From the NCBI GenBank assembly GCA_035388785.1, contig DAOOQN010000005.1, positions 1 to 54,640 on the forward strand: DNA of 54,640 nt. Direction: 5' to 3'. Every line of letters starts with the position of its first letter. Positions within the stretch are counted from its first letter, which is position 1. Below the pieces are notes generated by a model. The model had not been told where the DNA came from. It saw nothing but the letters and a program-made list of their open reading frames with translations, and did not search any database. Below, one piece after another: positions 1-10,599 of the stretch. Made by a program: the position numbers and the translations under genes. This stretch comes from a bacterium. GTDB taxonomy: Bacteria > Patescibacteriota > Patescibacteriia > UBA2196.

Positions 1-64
1 CGCCAACTCGGCCATACGTTGGCATTTGTGCATCAGGATAAATTTTTTTAATTTTAAGATTCAT
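1..64 (-). CDS. dut: dUTP diphosphatase, N-terminal fragment (gene runs off the window start)
   Basis: The reverse complement from the ATG at 64-62 reads MNLKIKKIYPDAQMPTYGRVG. This resembles the usual dUTPase N-terminus (K-x-hydrophobic-x-x-DA-x-x-P-x-Y). Only 21 codons are visible. Confidence 0.45.
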   Translation of the reverse strand, partial: MNLKIKKIYPDAQMPTYGRVG

Positions 65-69
65 GATGC

Positions 70-627
70 TTAAAAATTAAGATGCATTTTACTGGCCTGC
101 GGTTCTGTGTCACCATAATATTTACTATTTAATCTTTTGTCACCATAAGGTATATCTGCGCCAGATGAAATTTCTTCAAAGGCCATCTGTGCAATTGGCA
201 TTTTATAATAAAGTTTAATTGGTAACTTGCCCATATTACTTAATTCAAGGGTCATTTTTAAATTATTACCCGGATCAAGAAAGCCAGCTGTGGCATGAAT
301 GATTAATCCTAATCTACCCAAGGAACTCTTGCCTTCCAGACGAGCAACCATATCACTGGCCACACCTGTTTTTTCAAAAATATTTCCCAACACAAATTCA
401 CCTGGATGAATAATAAAATAATCATCCTCCATTTCAACTTTTTTCATTAAATTATCAACTGGTTTTTTGACATCAATACAGGTGTGTCTTGACACATCAA
501 AAACCAAAAAAAGTTTGTCTAGATGTAAATCCACAGAGGCCGGCTGAATAGAATTATCAAACAACGGCTCAATTGTGATACGTCCATCAGCTAAAGCCTT
601 TTTTATACCTCGATCAGATAAAATCAT
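70..627 (-). CDS. dcd: dCTP deaminase
   Basis: 185 aa. It has the typical Dcd N-terminus MILSDRGIKKAL..GRITIEP and the SVDLHL motif. Length fits the Dcd/dUTPase-fold family. Confidence 0.9.
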   Translation of the reverse strand: MILSDRGIKKALADGRITIEPLFDNSIQPASVDLHLDKLFLVFDVSRHTCIDVKKPVDNLMKKVEMEDDYFIIHPGEFVLGNIFEKTGVASDMVARLEGKSSLGRLGLIIHATAGFLDPGNNLKMTLELSNMGKLPIKLYYKMPIAQMAFEEISSGADIPYGDKRLNSKYYGDTEPQASKMHLNF

Positions 628-645
628 AGGATTATTTTAAAAAAA

Positions 646-1215
646 TTATTTTCTTAAACTTAATTCATAATTAATCTGTTCAATTTTACGCAAGTTAGTT
701 TTGGCCTGATCATATTTAGTGCGCAAATAGCCGGTCAAGTCAAAACCGACCAGTTCAGCCAGAACAACAACAATGGTGGCTTTGATTTTTTTAGCTTCCA
801 TAATTTTGCCATCAGCTGCCAAATTGGTGGCCAAACGAACTAATTCACCAGTTAGGTCACAAATGCCTCCCAGATAGCCTTCCAGGCTCAAATCCAGGCC
901 CTTAATAGCATCAATCTTAGCACCAGTCATAAATAAATAAAACATTTTGGCTTCTACATATTCTTCCACTCCGGCTTTGTAGGAACCCTCAACATTTAGC
1001 CTTTCCATACCAAACTTCTTTTTTAAAGCCAAAAAGGTTTTTTCTATATTTTTTAGACTCTCTAAAGCCGGCTCTATTTCAAAACGATGTAAAGAAAAAA
1101 TAACTCTTTTTGAAGCATGCAAAACGTCGTTGGACAAAGCGATTATCTGACGTCGCTCGCCTTCTTGTTTTTCATAATCTTTTTTTAATTTCTGGATAAA
1201 TTTTTTGTTTAACAT
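646..1215 (-). CDS. Translin-family protein (COG2178-like predicted nucleic-acid-binding protein)
   Basis: 189 aa, all-helical. The segment YLGGICDLTGELVR followed by LR.KYD resembles the translin/TRAX signature (YL.G..D..GEL.R). Confidence 0.5.
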   Translation of the reverse strand: MLNKKFIQKLKKDYEKQEGERRQIIALSNDVLHASKRVIFSLHRFEIEPALESLKNIEKTFLALKKKFGMERLNVEGSYKAGVEEYVEAKMFYLFMTGAKIDAIKGLDLSLEGYLGGICDLTGELVRLATNLAADGKIMEAKKIKATIVVVLAELVGFDLTGYLRTKYDQAKTNLRKIEQINYELSLRK

Positions 1216-1226
1216 ATTTTAATAAT

Positions 1227-2633
1227 TTATTTATGAACAAAAACTTTGGTTTTATTAATTTCCAACCAGTCATAAACTTCTCTGGCGCGGCCGATACCCA
1301 AACGCACACAACCATGTGAAACCGCAACACCCAAACTGCGTTCGCCTTCGCGTCGTCCATCAAGAAAGGGTAATTCATGAATACCATTTTCTAAACCACC
1401 TGATTTATAAAAACCAATAAAATATGGCATGCCCCATCTTTGCCCATCGGCGCCACCATAAGCCATTTCATATTTTGAAAAAGCTGTAAACTCTCCCAAC
1501 CTGGTGGGTGTAGACGGCTTGCCGGTGGAAGTCAGCAAGTCATCAACCAGATAACCATTTTGGTAATAAAGAAATTTTTGTCCGCTGACATCAATGTCAA
1601 TATATTTATAAAGATTTTTTTTACCAATTGGTAAACTTTTGGGTACAGCGATAAATTCTAATTCCGAATCACTATCCAAATTACCGACTGCCACTTTTAG
1701 ACCACCCAAAAAATTATCTGCAAAAACAATGTTTAAATTGTTGTTTTTTAAATTACCATAACCATCAAAAATTTCAATTTGTGGTTTACCACCAATACCT
1801 GGAGTGACTACGATTTCTCCCTTGCCATCATTGTCAACATCAGCACCAAAAATTGATAACCCCATCTTAAAATTTTTATCTGCATAACCTAAAAATTCAT
1901 TCACCAAGCTTAAGTCGCCACGCAATATTTTTATTAACGGTTGATCACCACGTCCACCAGCAATCAATATTTCTTCAATACCATCACCACCCAAATCAAG
2001 GCTGGACAAACTAATATCATTACCAACAAAAGCTATTTTATTTTTACTTAACAACTTACCATTAACATCAAAAATTCTTATTTCGCGAATATTTTTTTCA
2101 GTCCCCACCACGACAATCTCATCAATTTTGTCACCATTTATATCAGCACAAACACTTTGGGCACCGGTCAATTCTTTTTTATCAAAAGCAAAAAAACCAG
2201 CGTTAATTTTTGGATGACCATAACCATCAAAAATTCTGATGTGCGCCGAACCGTTACGAAATGGGCTGGTCAAAATTTCATCCAAATTGTCATTGTCAAA
2301 ATTACAGGCCGAAACATTTACCCCGCCTTTAAAATCTGGGCCATAAGCTAAAAAACTATTAATCAGTGAACCGTCGAAGCGATAAATTTTTACAAGCGGT
2401 TCAACATCGGTACCAGCGCCAATTAATATTTCTTTTTGTCCATCACCACCCAGATCAACCAAAGCAAAAGAATAGTTGGGACGAATATCTTTAATTGCAG
2501 TAACCTTTTCTAATTCGCCCGTTGTGCTGTTAAAAATTTTTATAGTTGAAAAATCATCTTGGGCTTGGATTGAAAAAATAAAAAAAGAAGCACCCAGCAG
2601 CAAAAAAATAAAAATAAATATTTTCTTTTTCAT
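1227..2633 (-). CDS. Secreted FG-GAP/VCBS beta-propeller repeat protein fused to a C-terminal L,D-transpeptidase (YkuD) domain
   Basis: N-terminal signal peptide MKKKIFIFIFLLLGASFF. Repeated D-x-D/N-x-D-G-x-x-E-I motifs are present (DLGGDGQKEILIGAG, DINGDKIDEIVVVG, DLGGDGIEEILIAGG, DVDNDGKGEIVVTPG). The C-terminus carries the catalytic SHGCVRL motif. Confidence 0.8.
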   Translation of the reverse strand: MKKKIFIFIFLLLGASFFIFSIQAQDDFSTIKIFNSTTGELEKVTAIKDIRPNYSFALVDLGGDGQKEILIGAGTDVEPLVKIYRFDGSLINSFLAYGPDFKGGVNVSACNFDNDNLDEILTSPFRNGSAHIRIFDGYGHPKINAGFFAFDKKELTGAQSVCADINGDKIDEIVVVGTEKNIREIRIFDVNGKLLSKNKIAFVGNDISLSSLDLGGDGIEEILIAGGRGDQPLIKILRGDLSLVNEFLGYADKNFKMGLSIFGADVDNDGKGEIVVTPGIGGKPQIEIFDGYGNLKNNNLNIVFADNFLGGLKVAVGNLDSDSELEFIAVPKSLPIGKKNLYKYIDIDVSGQKFLYYQNGYLVDDLLTSTGKPSTPTRLGEFTAFSKYEMAYGGADGQRWGMPYFIGFYKSGGLENGIHELPFLDGRREGERSLGVAVSHGCVRLGIGRAREVYDWLEINKTKVFVHK

Positions 2634-2703
2634 GGCTTAATTATAGCAAATAAAAAACCGCTCCGCAATTTTGACGAAACAGTTTTTTAATAAAATATAT
2701 ATA

Positions 2704-3390
2704 TTATCTGATGTCAAGCTTGATGGCGGGTCCCATGGTAGAACACAAAACCACATTTTTGATATAATCACCTTTGACACCGGCCGGCTTGGCCTTTTTT
2801 ACAGCCTCTGCAAAAAATTGAATATTTTCCTTAATTTTATCTTCGGGCCAAGAAACCTTGCCAATAATTTGATGAATATTTGATGTTTCATCACTTTTAA
2901 AAGCCACCTTACCGCCTTTTAATTCTGTAACTACTTTTTTAATGTTAGTTGTAACGGTTTCATTTTTTGGACTAGGCATTAAACCTCTGGGGCCTAAAAT
3001 TTTTGCAATTTGCGCCAACTCTTTCATCATGACTGGTGTAGATACAGCCACATCAAAATCAATTGTGCCAGTAGCTTTAATTTTATCAATCAATTCTTTG
3101 CCGCCTACTAAATCAGCGCCAGCTTCCAAAGCTTCTTTGTCGTTTTCAGTAAAAACAGCTATTCTTTTGGTTTTGCCAGTGCCGTGCGGCAGGGCCACGG
3201 TGGAACGAACTTGTTGTTCACCCTTGGCTGAATTGGTACCTAAATGTAAATGTAATTCCGCGGATTCATCAAACTTGGCTTTGGCACTTTCTTTTAAGAG
3301 CTTGACGCCCTCTTCAATTGAATAAGCTTTACCTTTTTCAATTTTTGAATCAACTTTTTTTTCTTTCTTCTTTACAATTTGCTTTTTCAT
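2704..3390 (-). CDS. rplA: 50S ribosomal protein L1
   Basis: 228 aa with full-length L1-like sequence (FDESAELHLHLG, LPHGTGK, GPRGLMP). It sits directly downstream of rplK. Confidence 0.95.
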   Translation of the reverse strand: MKKQIVKKKEKKVDSKIEKGKAYSIEEGVKLLKESAKAKFDESAELHLHLGTNSAKGEQQVRSTVALPHGTGKTKRIAVFTENDKEALEAGADLVGGKELIDKIKATGTIDFDVAVSTPVMMKELAQIAKILGPRGLMPSPKNETVTTNIKKVVTELKGGKVAFKSDETSNIHQIIGKVSWPEDKIKENIQFFAEAVKKAKPAGVKGDYIKNVVLCSTMGPAIKLDIR

Positions 3391-3405
3391 AATGTTAAAT
3401 GTTGT

Positions 3406-3439
3406 GTGGTCAACGATTCGTGACTAACGAATCTCCCAC
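3406..3439 (-). promoter_or_regulatory. Structured rplK-rplA intergenic RNA, candidate L1 autoregulatory binding site
   Basis: The minus-strand RNA is GUGGGAGAUUCGUUAGUCACGAAUCGUUGACCAC. It folds as an outer stem GUGG/CCAC, an asymmetric internal loop (GA / GUUGA), and an inner 7-bp stem GAUUCGU/ACGAAUC. It ends 17 nt before the rplA AUG. The helix-asymmetric loop-helix layout with GGGAG...GACC is reminiscent of L1 rRNA/mRNA sites. Confidence 0.3.
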
Positions 3440-3456
3440 AAAAAATTAATAAAAAA

Positions 3457-3879
3457 TTATTCAACTGTAATTCCCATTTGTCTGGCTGTGCCTTCAATAA
3501 TGCGCATGGCTGCTTCAATATTTTCAGTGTTTAAATCCACCATCTTAACTTCAGCAATTTCACGTATCTGAGCTTTGGTTACCTTGCCAACTTTTTCAAC
3601 CAAAGGCTTACCAGAACCTTTTTCAACTTTGGCAGCTTTTTTTAATAATTCAGCGGCGGGCGGAGTTTTGAGTTTGAAAGTGAAAGTGCGATCGGTATAA
3701 ACAGTAATTTCGGCTGGAATAACATCACCGGCTTTATCTTTGGTGGCTTCATTAAACTTGGTACAAAATTCCTGAATATTTAAACCGTGCTGACCCAAAG
3801 CTGGACCAATGGGTGGCGCTGGATTAGCAGCTCCAGCTTTAATTTGTAATTTTAATATTGTTTTTATCTCTTTGGCCAT
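3457..3879 (-). CDS. rplK: 50S ribosomal protein L11
   Basis: 140 aa. It contains the classic [13 protein letters not shown] motif. Confidence 0.95.
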   Translation of the reverse strand: MAKEIKTILKLQIKAGAANPAPPIGPALGQHGLNIQEFCTKFNEATKDKAGDVIPAEITVYTDRTFTFKLKTPPAAELLKKAAKVEKGSGKPLVEKVGKVTKAQIREIAEVKMVDLNTENIEAAMRIIEGTARQMGITVE

Positions 3880-3974
3880 ATTATTTATTTATTATTTTAT
3901 CAACTTTATATTTCCAACGAGTAAAGCCAAACCCAGAAGCGAGGCACAGCTAGTCGTAGGATAAAATATATATA

Positions 3975-4520
3975 TTAAATCTTTTTAATCTGTAAAAAAT
4001 CCAAATCAACTGGTGTTTCGCGACCAAACATAGAAACCAAAACTTTTACGCGGCCACGACCTTCATCAATCTCAGAAATCTTGCCTTCCATTTCTTTAAA
4101 TGGACCATCCACCATACGAACTGCCGAACCAACACTAATATCAATTTTATATTTTGGTTCTTCCACTCCCATGCGTTTCTGTAGTTCTTCAACTTCTTTG
4201 TCCGACATGGGGGTTGGCGTGGTACCAGTACCAATAAAACCAGTTACATTGGGTGTGTTGCGCACCACATACCACGAAGCATCGGTGACTGACATCTCTA
4301 CCAAAACATAACCTGGATAAATTTTTTCTTCAATTGTGGAACGTTTGCCATTTTTTATTTTTATTTTCTTTTCTTTGGGCACCAAAACCTGATAAATTTT
4401 ATCTTGCATGTCCAAGGAATCAATTCTTTGTTTTAAATTATGGGCCACGCTTTCTTCATACCCCGAATAAGTATGAATGGCATACCAACGCCGGCCTTGA
4501 TTTTCATTTTGTCTGGGCAT
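3975..4520 (-). CDS. nusG: Transcription termination/antitermination factor NusG
   Basis: RWYAIHTYSGYEE (NGN domain) and a C-terminal KOW domain (GPFKEMEGKISEID). I use the internal Met MPRQNENQ at 4520 because the longer ORF start at 4592 would overlap secE. Confidence 0.9.
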   Translation of the reverse strand: MPRQNENQGRRWYAIHTYSGYEESVAHNLKQRIDSLDMQDKIYQVLVPKEKKIKIKNGKRSTIEEKIYPGYVLVEMSVTDASWYVVRNTPNVTGFIGTGTTPTPMSDKEVEELQKRMGVEEPKYKIDISVGSAVRMVDGPFKEMEGKISEIDEGRGRVKVLVSMFGRETPVDLDFLQIKKI

Positions 4521-4539
4521 AAAAAATAAATTATTAAAT

Positions 4540-4728
4540 TTACCAAGCGATGATTTTTTCCACCAACTTGATGAGTCCAAGGTCAACTGCACCTAAAAAA
4601 ATAGCCACGCCCAAAGAAAAACCAATCACTAACAAAGTGTGATTTAAAACCTGTTTTTTGGTGGGCCAAACTACTTTTTTTAGTTCAACTTTAGAATCCT
4701 TGAAGTATTGAATCAGTTTATTAGACAT
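4540..4728 (-). CDS. secE: Preprotein translocase subunit SecE
   Basis: 62 aa with the pattern KVELKKVVWPTKKQ followed by one TM helix. It lies in the conserved secE-nusG-rplK-rplA order. Confidence 0.85.
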   Translation of the reverse strand: MSNKLIQYFKDSKVELKKVVWPTKKQVLNHTLLVIGFSLGVAIFLGAVDLGLIKLVEKIIAW

Positions 4729-4740
4729 AATAATCGCTTG

Positions 4741-4784
4741 TCATCCCGAGCGGCCTTGAAGGCCGTTAGGAGTCGAGGGATCTC
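4741..4784. repeat. GC-rich palindromic mini-element (copy A)
   Basis: The sequence is tcATCCCgagCGGCCttgaaGGCCGttaggagtcgaGGGATctc, with nested stems ATCCC/GGGAT and CGGCC/GGCCG. It matches the reverse complement of the element at 15391-15429 at both termini (atcccgagcggc ... cgagggat). It is a sharp GC island in AT-rich intergenic DNA. Confidence 0.6.
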
Positions 4785-4809
4785 TTTGACTAATTTAGTA
4801 TTAGTATAA

Positions 4810-4866
4810 GGGATTCCTCCACTTCGCTCTCCGCCAGCTGGCGGATCGCTTCGGTCGGAATGACAC
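4810..4866. repeat. GC-rich palindromic mini-element (copy B, gtcattccga...ggaatccc type)
   Basis: The reverse complement reads gtcattccgaccgaagcgatCCGCCAGCTGGCGGagagcgaagtggaggaatccc. The core ccgccagNNggcggatc is shared with the 34-bp palindrome at 18601-18634. Confidence 0.6.
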
Positions 4867-4879
4867 TTTATTTAGTTTG

Positions 4880-4914
4880 AATAATTTTATTTTAAAAAGC
4901 CCTTTTGGGCTTAT
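4880..4914 (-). terminator. Rho-independent terminator downstream of the gyrB region
   Basis: The minus-strand RNA has the stem AAGCCC-AAAA-GGGCUU followed by UUUAAAAUAAAAUU. Confidence 0.5.
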
Positions 4915-5128
4915 GTAAACATAATAACATAAACCACGTTTTATTGTCAAATATTTGTTATTTAAAAAATTTATTAAATGCAGGACCAAATACTTGTTCT
5001 GTTTGAAAGTCGAGGACCAAATCTATCGCGGCTCTTAAGTCGTGTAATGCCACATCCTTATTTTCTTTTAAAACCTTAATCAACTCTTTTCTTTCTTTTT
5101 CGTCTAGTTGAAAAAACAGACATATCCA

Positions 5129-5302
5129 TTATTTCTTTTCGTCATTCAATCTTTTTTTAGCGTGCCACCACTTGGTTCCAAATTCTGACAATGCGGCTTC
5201 AAAATTTTTTTGAGCCGTGACATGATCTAGGTTAACAAACCTTAAGTAAAGATCGTCCATAAAATCAGTATAACTTAAATTTTTCTCGGGCTTAAAAATC
5301 AT
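5129..5302 (-). CDS. Small hypothetical ORF (57 aa) not in the supplied ORF track
   Basis: The ATG is 5 nt after the gyrB stop. Translation is MIFKPEKNLSYTDFMDDLYLRFVNLDHVTAQKNFEAALSEFGTKWWHAKKRLNDEKK, ending in TAA. The same frame stays open for about 46 more codons after the TAA (see findings). I recognise no family. Confidence 0.3.
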   Translation of the reverse strand: MIFKPEKNLSYTDFMDDLYLRFVNLDHVTAQKNFEAALSEFGTKWWHAKKRLNDEKK

Positions 5303-5306
5303 AATT

Positions 5307-7475
<2,169 letters not shown>

Positions 7476-7496
7476 TTACTTTTTTATTTTTTATAT

Positions 7497-9908
7497 TTAA
7501 ACTCTTAACTTTCCATTAAATTTTTCTTGTATTAATTTTATTATTTTATTTTGAATAACTTCAACCTCTTCATCTTTTAATGTCCGATTGGCCTGATAAA
7601 CAACACGCAGAGCAATAGATTTTTTTTCACCCACATCAAATTCTGATAAAAATTCTATTGTTTGTATTAATTTATCCTGAGCGAGCGGAGCCGTAAGAAT
7701 CTCATTTTTTATATTTTCCCATTTTATTTGCCAATCCAATTCAAAGGCTAAATCTCTAACCACTTCTGGAAATTGCGGTAAAGGCACATATTTTTTTTCT
7801 GGCGCTAAAAGGCCAGCTGCTATCAGTTCTTCCAAATCTATTTCGACCAAACAAACTTCTCTGTTTTTAAAATTAAATTTTTGATAAATACTTTTTTCCA
7901 GCATTCCTAGCCACCCAACATTCTTTTCTTTCAAAAAAACATGCAAGCTTTTTTCTTTATTAACATAAGCCGGTATGTCTGCATTTTTAAAAGCATAATT
8001 TTCTACCCTTAAATCTTTAAACAAGCTTGCCAAAATACCCTTAGTTACTAAAAAAGCATCACTGTTTTTTTCTGTTACCACAGCGCAAGTTAACATTTTT
8101 TTCTCGCCACCATTGGTCGGAAAAACCTTAGCCACTTCAAAAATTTTAAATTCACCAAAATAGCGTAAATTGTCTTCAGTGGCTTTTAAAAGATTGGGAA
8201 TTAAACTGATTTCAAGACAACTACTGTCACCAGTACCCGCACTTTCTGTCTCTCTAATTTTACCATGAAAACCCAATGCGTTCAAGGTTTTTGTGTCGGC
8301 CCATGGATAGCAAAATACCTCCTGCATACCTGCATTATTAGCCAAAAAAAACTTAACTTGACGTTCCATTTCTTTGTCTGGTTGCCAAACGGCTTTATGC
8401 ATTGCAACGGTTTGTATTTGTGCTGGTAAATTATCATAACCATAAATTCTGGCTATTTCTTCCACGATATCTTCTGGATATTTTATATCGCCAGTAGAAC
8501 GCCAGGTGGGCACCTCTAAAGTATATATAATTTCTTTTGATTTTATTTTTTTACTAACCATAAATCCCAGACATTCTAAAATCTTGACTATTTCTTGTGA
8601 TTCAAATTTTTGACCGATTTTTTTTTCTAAATATGCGTGTTCGGTGGTAATAATTATTTTTTCTTTTTTTACATAATTAACATCCACCAACGCTTCAATT
8701 TCAGCAGTTGGGATTATTGTTTTAATTAAAACTAGAGCTCTTTGCATACCAATTTCAGCCAAATGTGGATCTAAACTTTTTTCAAAACGATTGGAGGCAT
8801 CAGTTCTTAGGCCAAGTTTTTGTGTCACGCGACGTACAGTCACAGCATCAAAATGTGCTGCTTCTAAAATTATGGCTGTAGTTTTTTCATCTACTGCAGA
8901 CTCACTTCCACCCATCACGCCGGCAATGGCAATAGGATTTTTGGTGTCCGCAATGACCAAAACTGATTCATCCAACTTTCTTTCCACACCATCCAAAGTT
9001 AAAATTTTTTCATTTTTTTGAGCTTGGCGAATAATAATTTGCGGCTGATTTAATTTAGCCATATCAAATGCGTGCATGGGTTCGCCCACATCCAACATAA
9101 CATAATTAGTTATATCGACGATATTGTTAATTGAACGCAAACCCACTGCTTCCAAACTCTTGACCAACCATTCTGGTGAAGACGCAATTTTGATATTTTT
9201 TATTACACAACCCATATAACGGTCACAGGATTTTTTGTCTTCGATACTAATCTTAATTTTTTTATTATTATTTTGTTTAATTTTATTTGGGGCCAGTGAT
9301 TGAAGATTGGTTTTGTAAATAACTGCCAATTCTCTGGCCACGCCATAATGATTCCACAAATCAGGCCGGTGCGTAATGGATTTATTATCCAATTCAATAA
9401 TGGTGTCATCTAAACCCAAAGCTTCAGCCATATTTTGGCCGGGTTTAATATTTTTTAACGCTGATAAATCTACAATTTCTTTTTCTCCACAGGGTAATAT
9501 TTTTTCCAAACCAATTTCATTAGCCGAACACAGCATACCAAAAGATTTTTCACCACGAATTTCTGTGGCTTGCAGTTCGACTAAATCCCCTTCTCCGTGC
9601 CAACGTACTTTGGCGCCAGGTAGAGCCACAGCCACCAACATATTGACTGTTAAATTTGTACCGCCGCAGACAATGCGCACTAAATCTTTTTTACCAATAT
9701 CAAGCATGGTAATTTTTAATTTATCAGCGTGGGGATGATTTTTTATTTCCGCAATTTTTCCAATTACAATATTCTCAAACTTTTCAGCTTGATTTTCCAC
9801 GCCCTCCACCTCCACAGTTGACATGGTTAAATCATGTGCCAGTTGTTTGACTGTTAAACCCTTTGGTAAGGTAACATATTTTTTAAGCCAATTAAGTGAT
9901 AGATACAT
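7497..9908 (-). CDS. pheT: Phenylalanine--tRNA ligase beta subunit
   Basis: 803 aa. The N-terminus MYLSLNWLKKYV is followed by a tRNA-binding OB domain, then B3/4, B5 and C-terminal anticodon-binding-like regions. Confidence 0.95.
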   Translation of the reverse strand: MYLSLNWLKKYVTLPKGLTVKQLAHDLTMSTVEVEGVENQAEKFENIVIGKIAEIKNHPHADKLKITMLDIGKKDLVRIVCGGTNLTVNMLVAVALPGAKVRWHGEGDLVELQATEIRGEKSFGMLCSANEIGLEKILPCGEKEIVDLSALKNIKPGQNMAEALGLDDTIIELDNKSITHRPDLWNHYGVARELAVIYKTNLQSLAPNKIKQNNNKKIKISIEDKKSCDRYMGCVIKNIKIASSPEWLVKSLEAVGLRSINNIVDITNYVMLDVGEPMHAFDMAKLNQPQIIIRQAQKNEKILTLDGVERKLDESVLVIADTKNPIAIAGVMGGSESAVDEKTTAIILEAAHFDAVTVRRVTQKLGLRTDASNRFEKSLDPHLAEIGMQRALVLIKTIIPTAEIEALVDVNYVKKEKIIITTEHAYLEKKIGQKFESQEIVKILECLGFMVSKKIKSKEIIYTLEVPTWRSTGDIKYPEDIVEEIARIYGYDNLPAQIQTVAMHKAVWQPDKEMERQVKFFLANNAGMQEVFCYPWADTKTLNALGFHGKIRETESAGTGDSSCLEISLIPNLLKATEDNLRYFGEFKIFEVAKVFPTNGGEKKMLTCAVVTEKNSDAFLVTKGILASLFKDLRVENYAFKNADIPAYVNKEKSLHVFLKEKNVGWLGMLEKSIYQKFNFKNREVCLVEIDLEELIAAGLLAPEKKYVPLPQFPEVVRDLAFELDWQIKWENIKNEILTAPLAQDKLIQTIEFLSEFDVGEKKSIALRVVYQANRTLKDEEVEVIQNKIIKLIQEKFNGKLRV

Positions 9909-9995
9909 ATAGTTAAATAATTATTTATTTTACAATTTATCCACAGCTTATGTTTGACATTTTTTACGTGCCATGTTATCCTGAATATAGTATAC

Positions 9996-10041
9996 ATACG
10001 AAAAACACCTCTAAGCGGTTTTGTCCCTTAGCGGTGTTTTT
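9996..10041 (-). terminator. Rho-independent terminator closing the methyltransferase-NYN unit
   Basis: The minus-strand RNA is AAAACACCGCUAAG-loop-CUUAGAGGUGUUUUU, a stem of about 13 bp with one mismatch followed by a U-run. It overlaps the last codons of the NYN gene. Confidence 0.5.
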
Positions 10042-10571
10042 CTTTTGTATTCTAATTTTTGCCTTAAATTATTCATAAAAACAATCTTTTCCCGAGCAGT
10101 TCTTTTTAATAAAACGGAACAGGTTTTAACATAGGGACTCATAACACATTTAAGTTTATTTTGTTTATATAAATATTTAACCAAAGAATAAAAATCTCCG
10201 TCACTTGAAACAATAATTGCTTGGTCAAACTTATCATAATCAAGCATTGTTTGTAAAACTAAATCCGCATCAACGTTGCCCTTTATTTCTCCGTCTTTAT
10301 CCGGCAGAGTGGGTTTAAAAACCAAATAATAACCAGCTCTTTGAAGAGATGAATACAAATCTTGATTTTCTGGCAAATAACCAATAAACAAATAAGCAAC
10401 CAAAACACCATACTTATCTTTTAGATAAACCCTGAATCTTTTATAATCCAATTTCCAACCTAAATTTTGTACGCCTAAATTCAAATTTTGGCTGTCAATG
10501 AAAGCATAATTATTTTCTTTTTCGCGCATAAATATTTTGTGTTGTTTTCTTGTTCTAACGAATCCGCCCAT
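10011..10571 (-). CDS. NYN-domain (LabA/DUF88-like, PIN-fold) predicted nuclease
   Basis: YAFIDSQNLNLG near the N-terminus, GNVDADLVL, and IIVSSDGDF are the acidic motifs of NYN/LabA proteins. The real start may be the Met at 10529 (MREKENNYAFID). Confidence 0.75.
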   Translation of the reverse strand: MGGFVRTRKQHKIFMREKENNYAFIDSQNLNLGVQNLGWKLDYKRFRVYLKDKYGVLVAYLFIGYLPENQDLYSSLQRAGYYLVFKPTLPDKDGEIKGNVDADLVLQTMLDYDKFDQAIIVSSDGDFYSLVKYLYKQNKLKCVMSPYVKTCSVLLKRTAREKIVFMNNLRQKLEYKRKTPLRDKTA

Positions 10572-10599
10572 AATGATTGGAATTCGGAGAAATTATTTA

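Noticed and set aside
4729-4900. A tRNA, such as tRNA-Trp, was expected upstream of secE. The GC-rich blocks looked like possible tRNA arms.
   Set aside because: I could not build a cloverleaf. There is no GTTCGAATC-type T-loop, no acceptor-stem pairing and no 70-90-nt unit. The blocks instead match repeat copies elsewhere in the window.
4801-4989. The 62-aa track ORF MVLHLINFL...SFRPKRSASWRRAKWRNPLY.
   Set aside because: It reads straight through a terminator hairpin and the GC-rich palindromic repeat. The SASWRRAKWRN part is simply the repeat translated. It has no plausible start context or family.
9937-9945. A perfect DnaA-box consensus TTATCCACA lies in the pheT upstream spacer, raising the idea of an oriC.
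   Set aside because: It is a single box. There is no cluster of boxes, no adjacent AT-rich unwinding element pattern, and no dnaA or dnaN nearby. One 9-mer match in about 110 kb of two-strand AT-rich sequence is plausible by chance.
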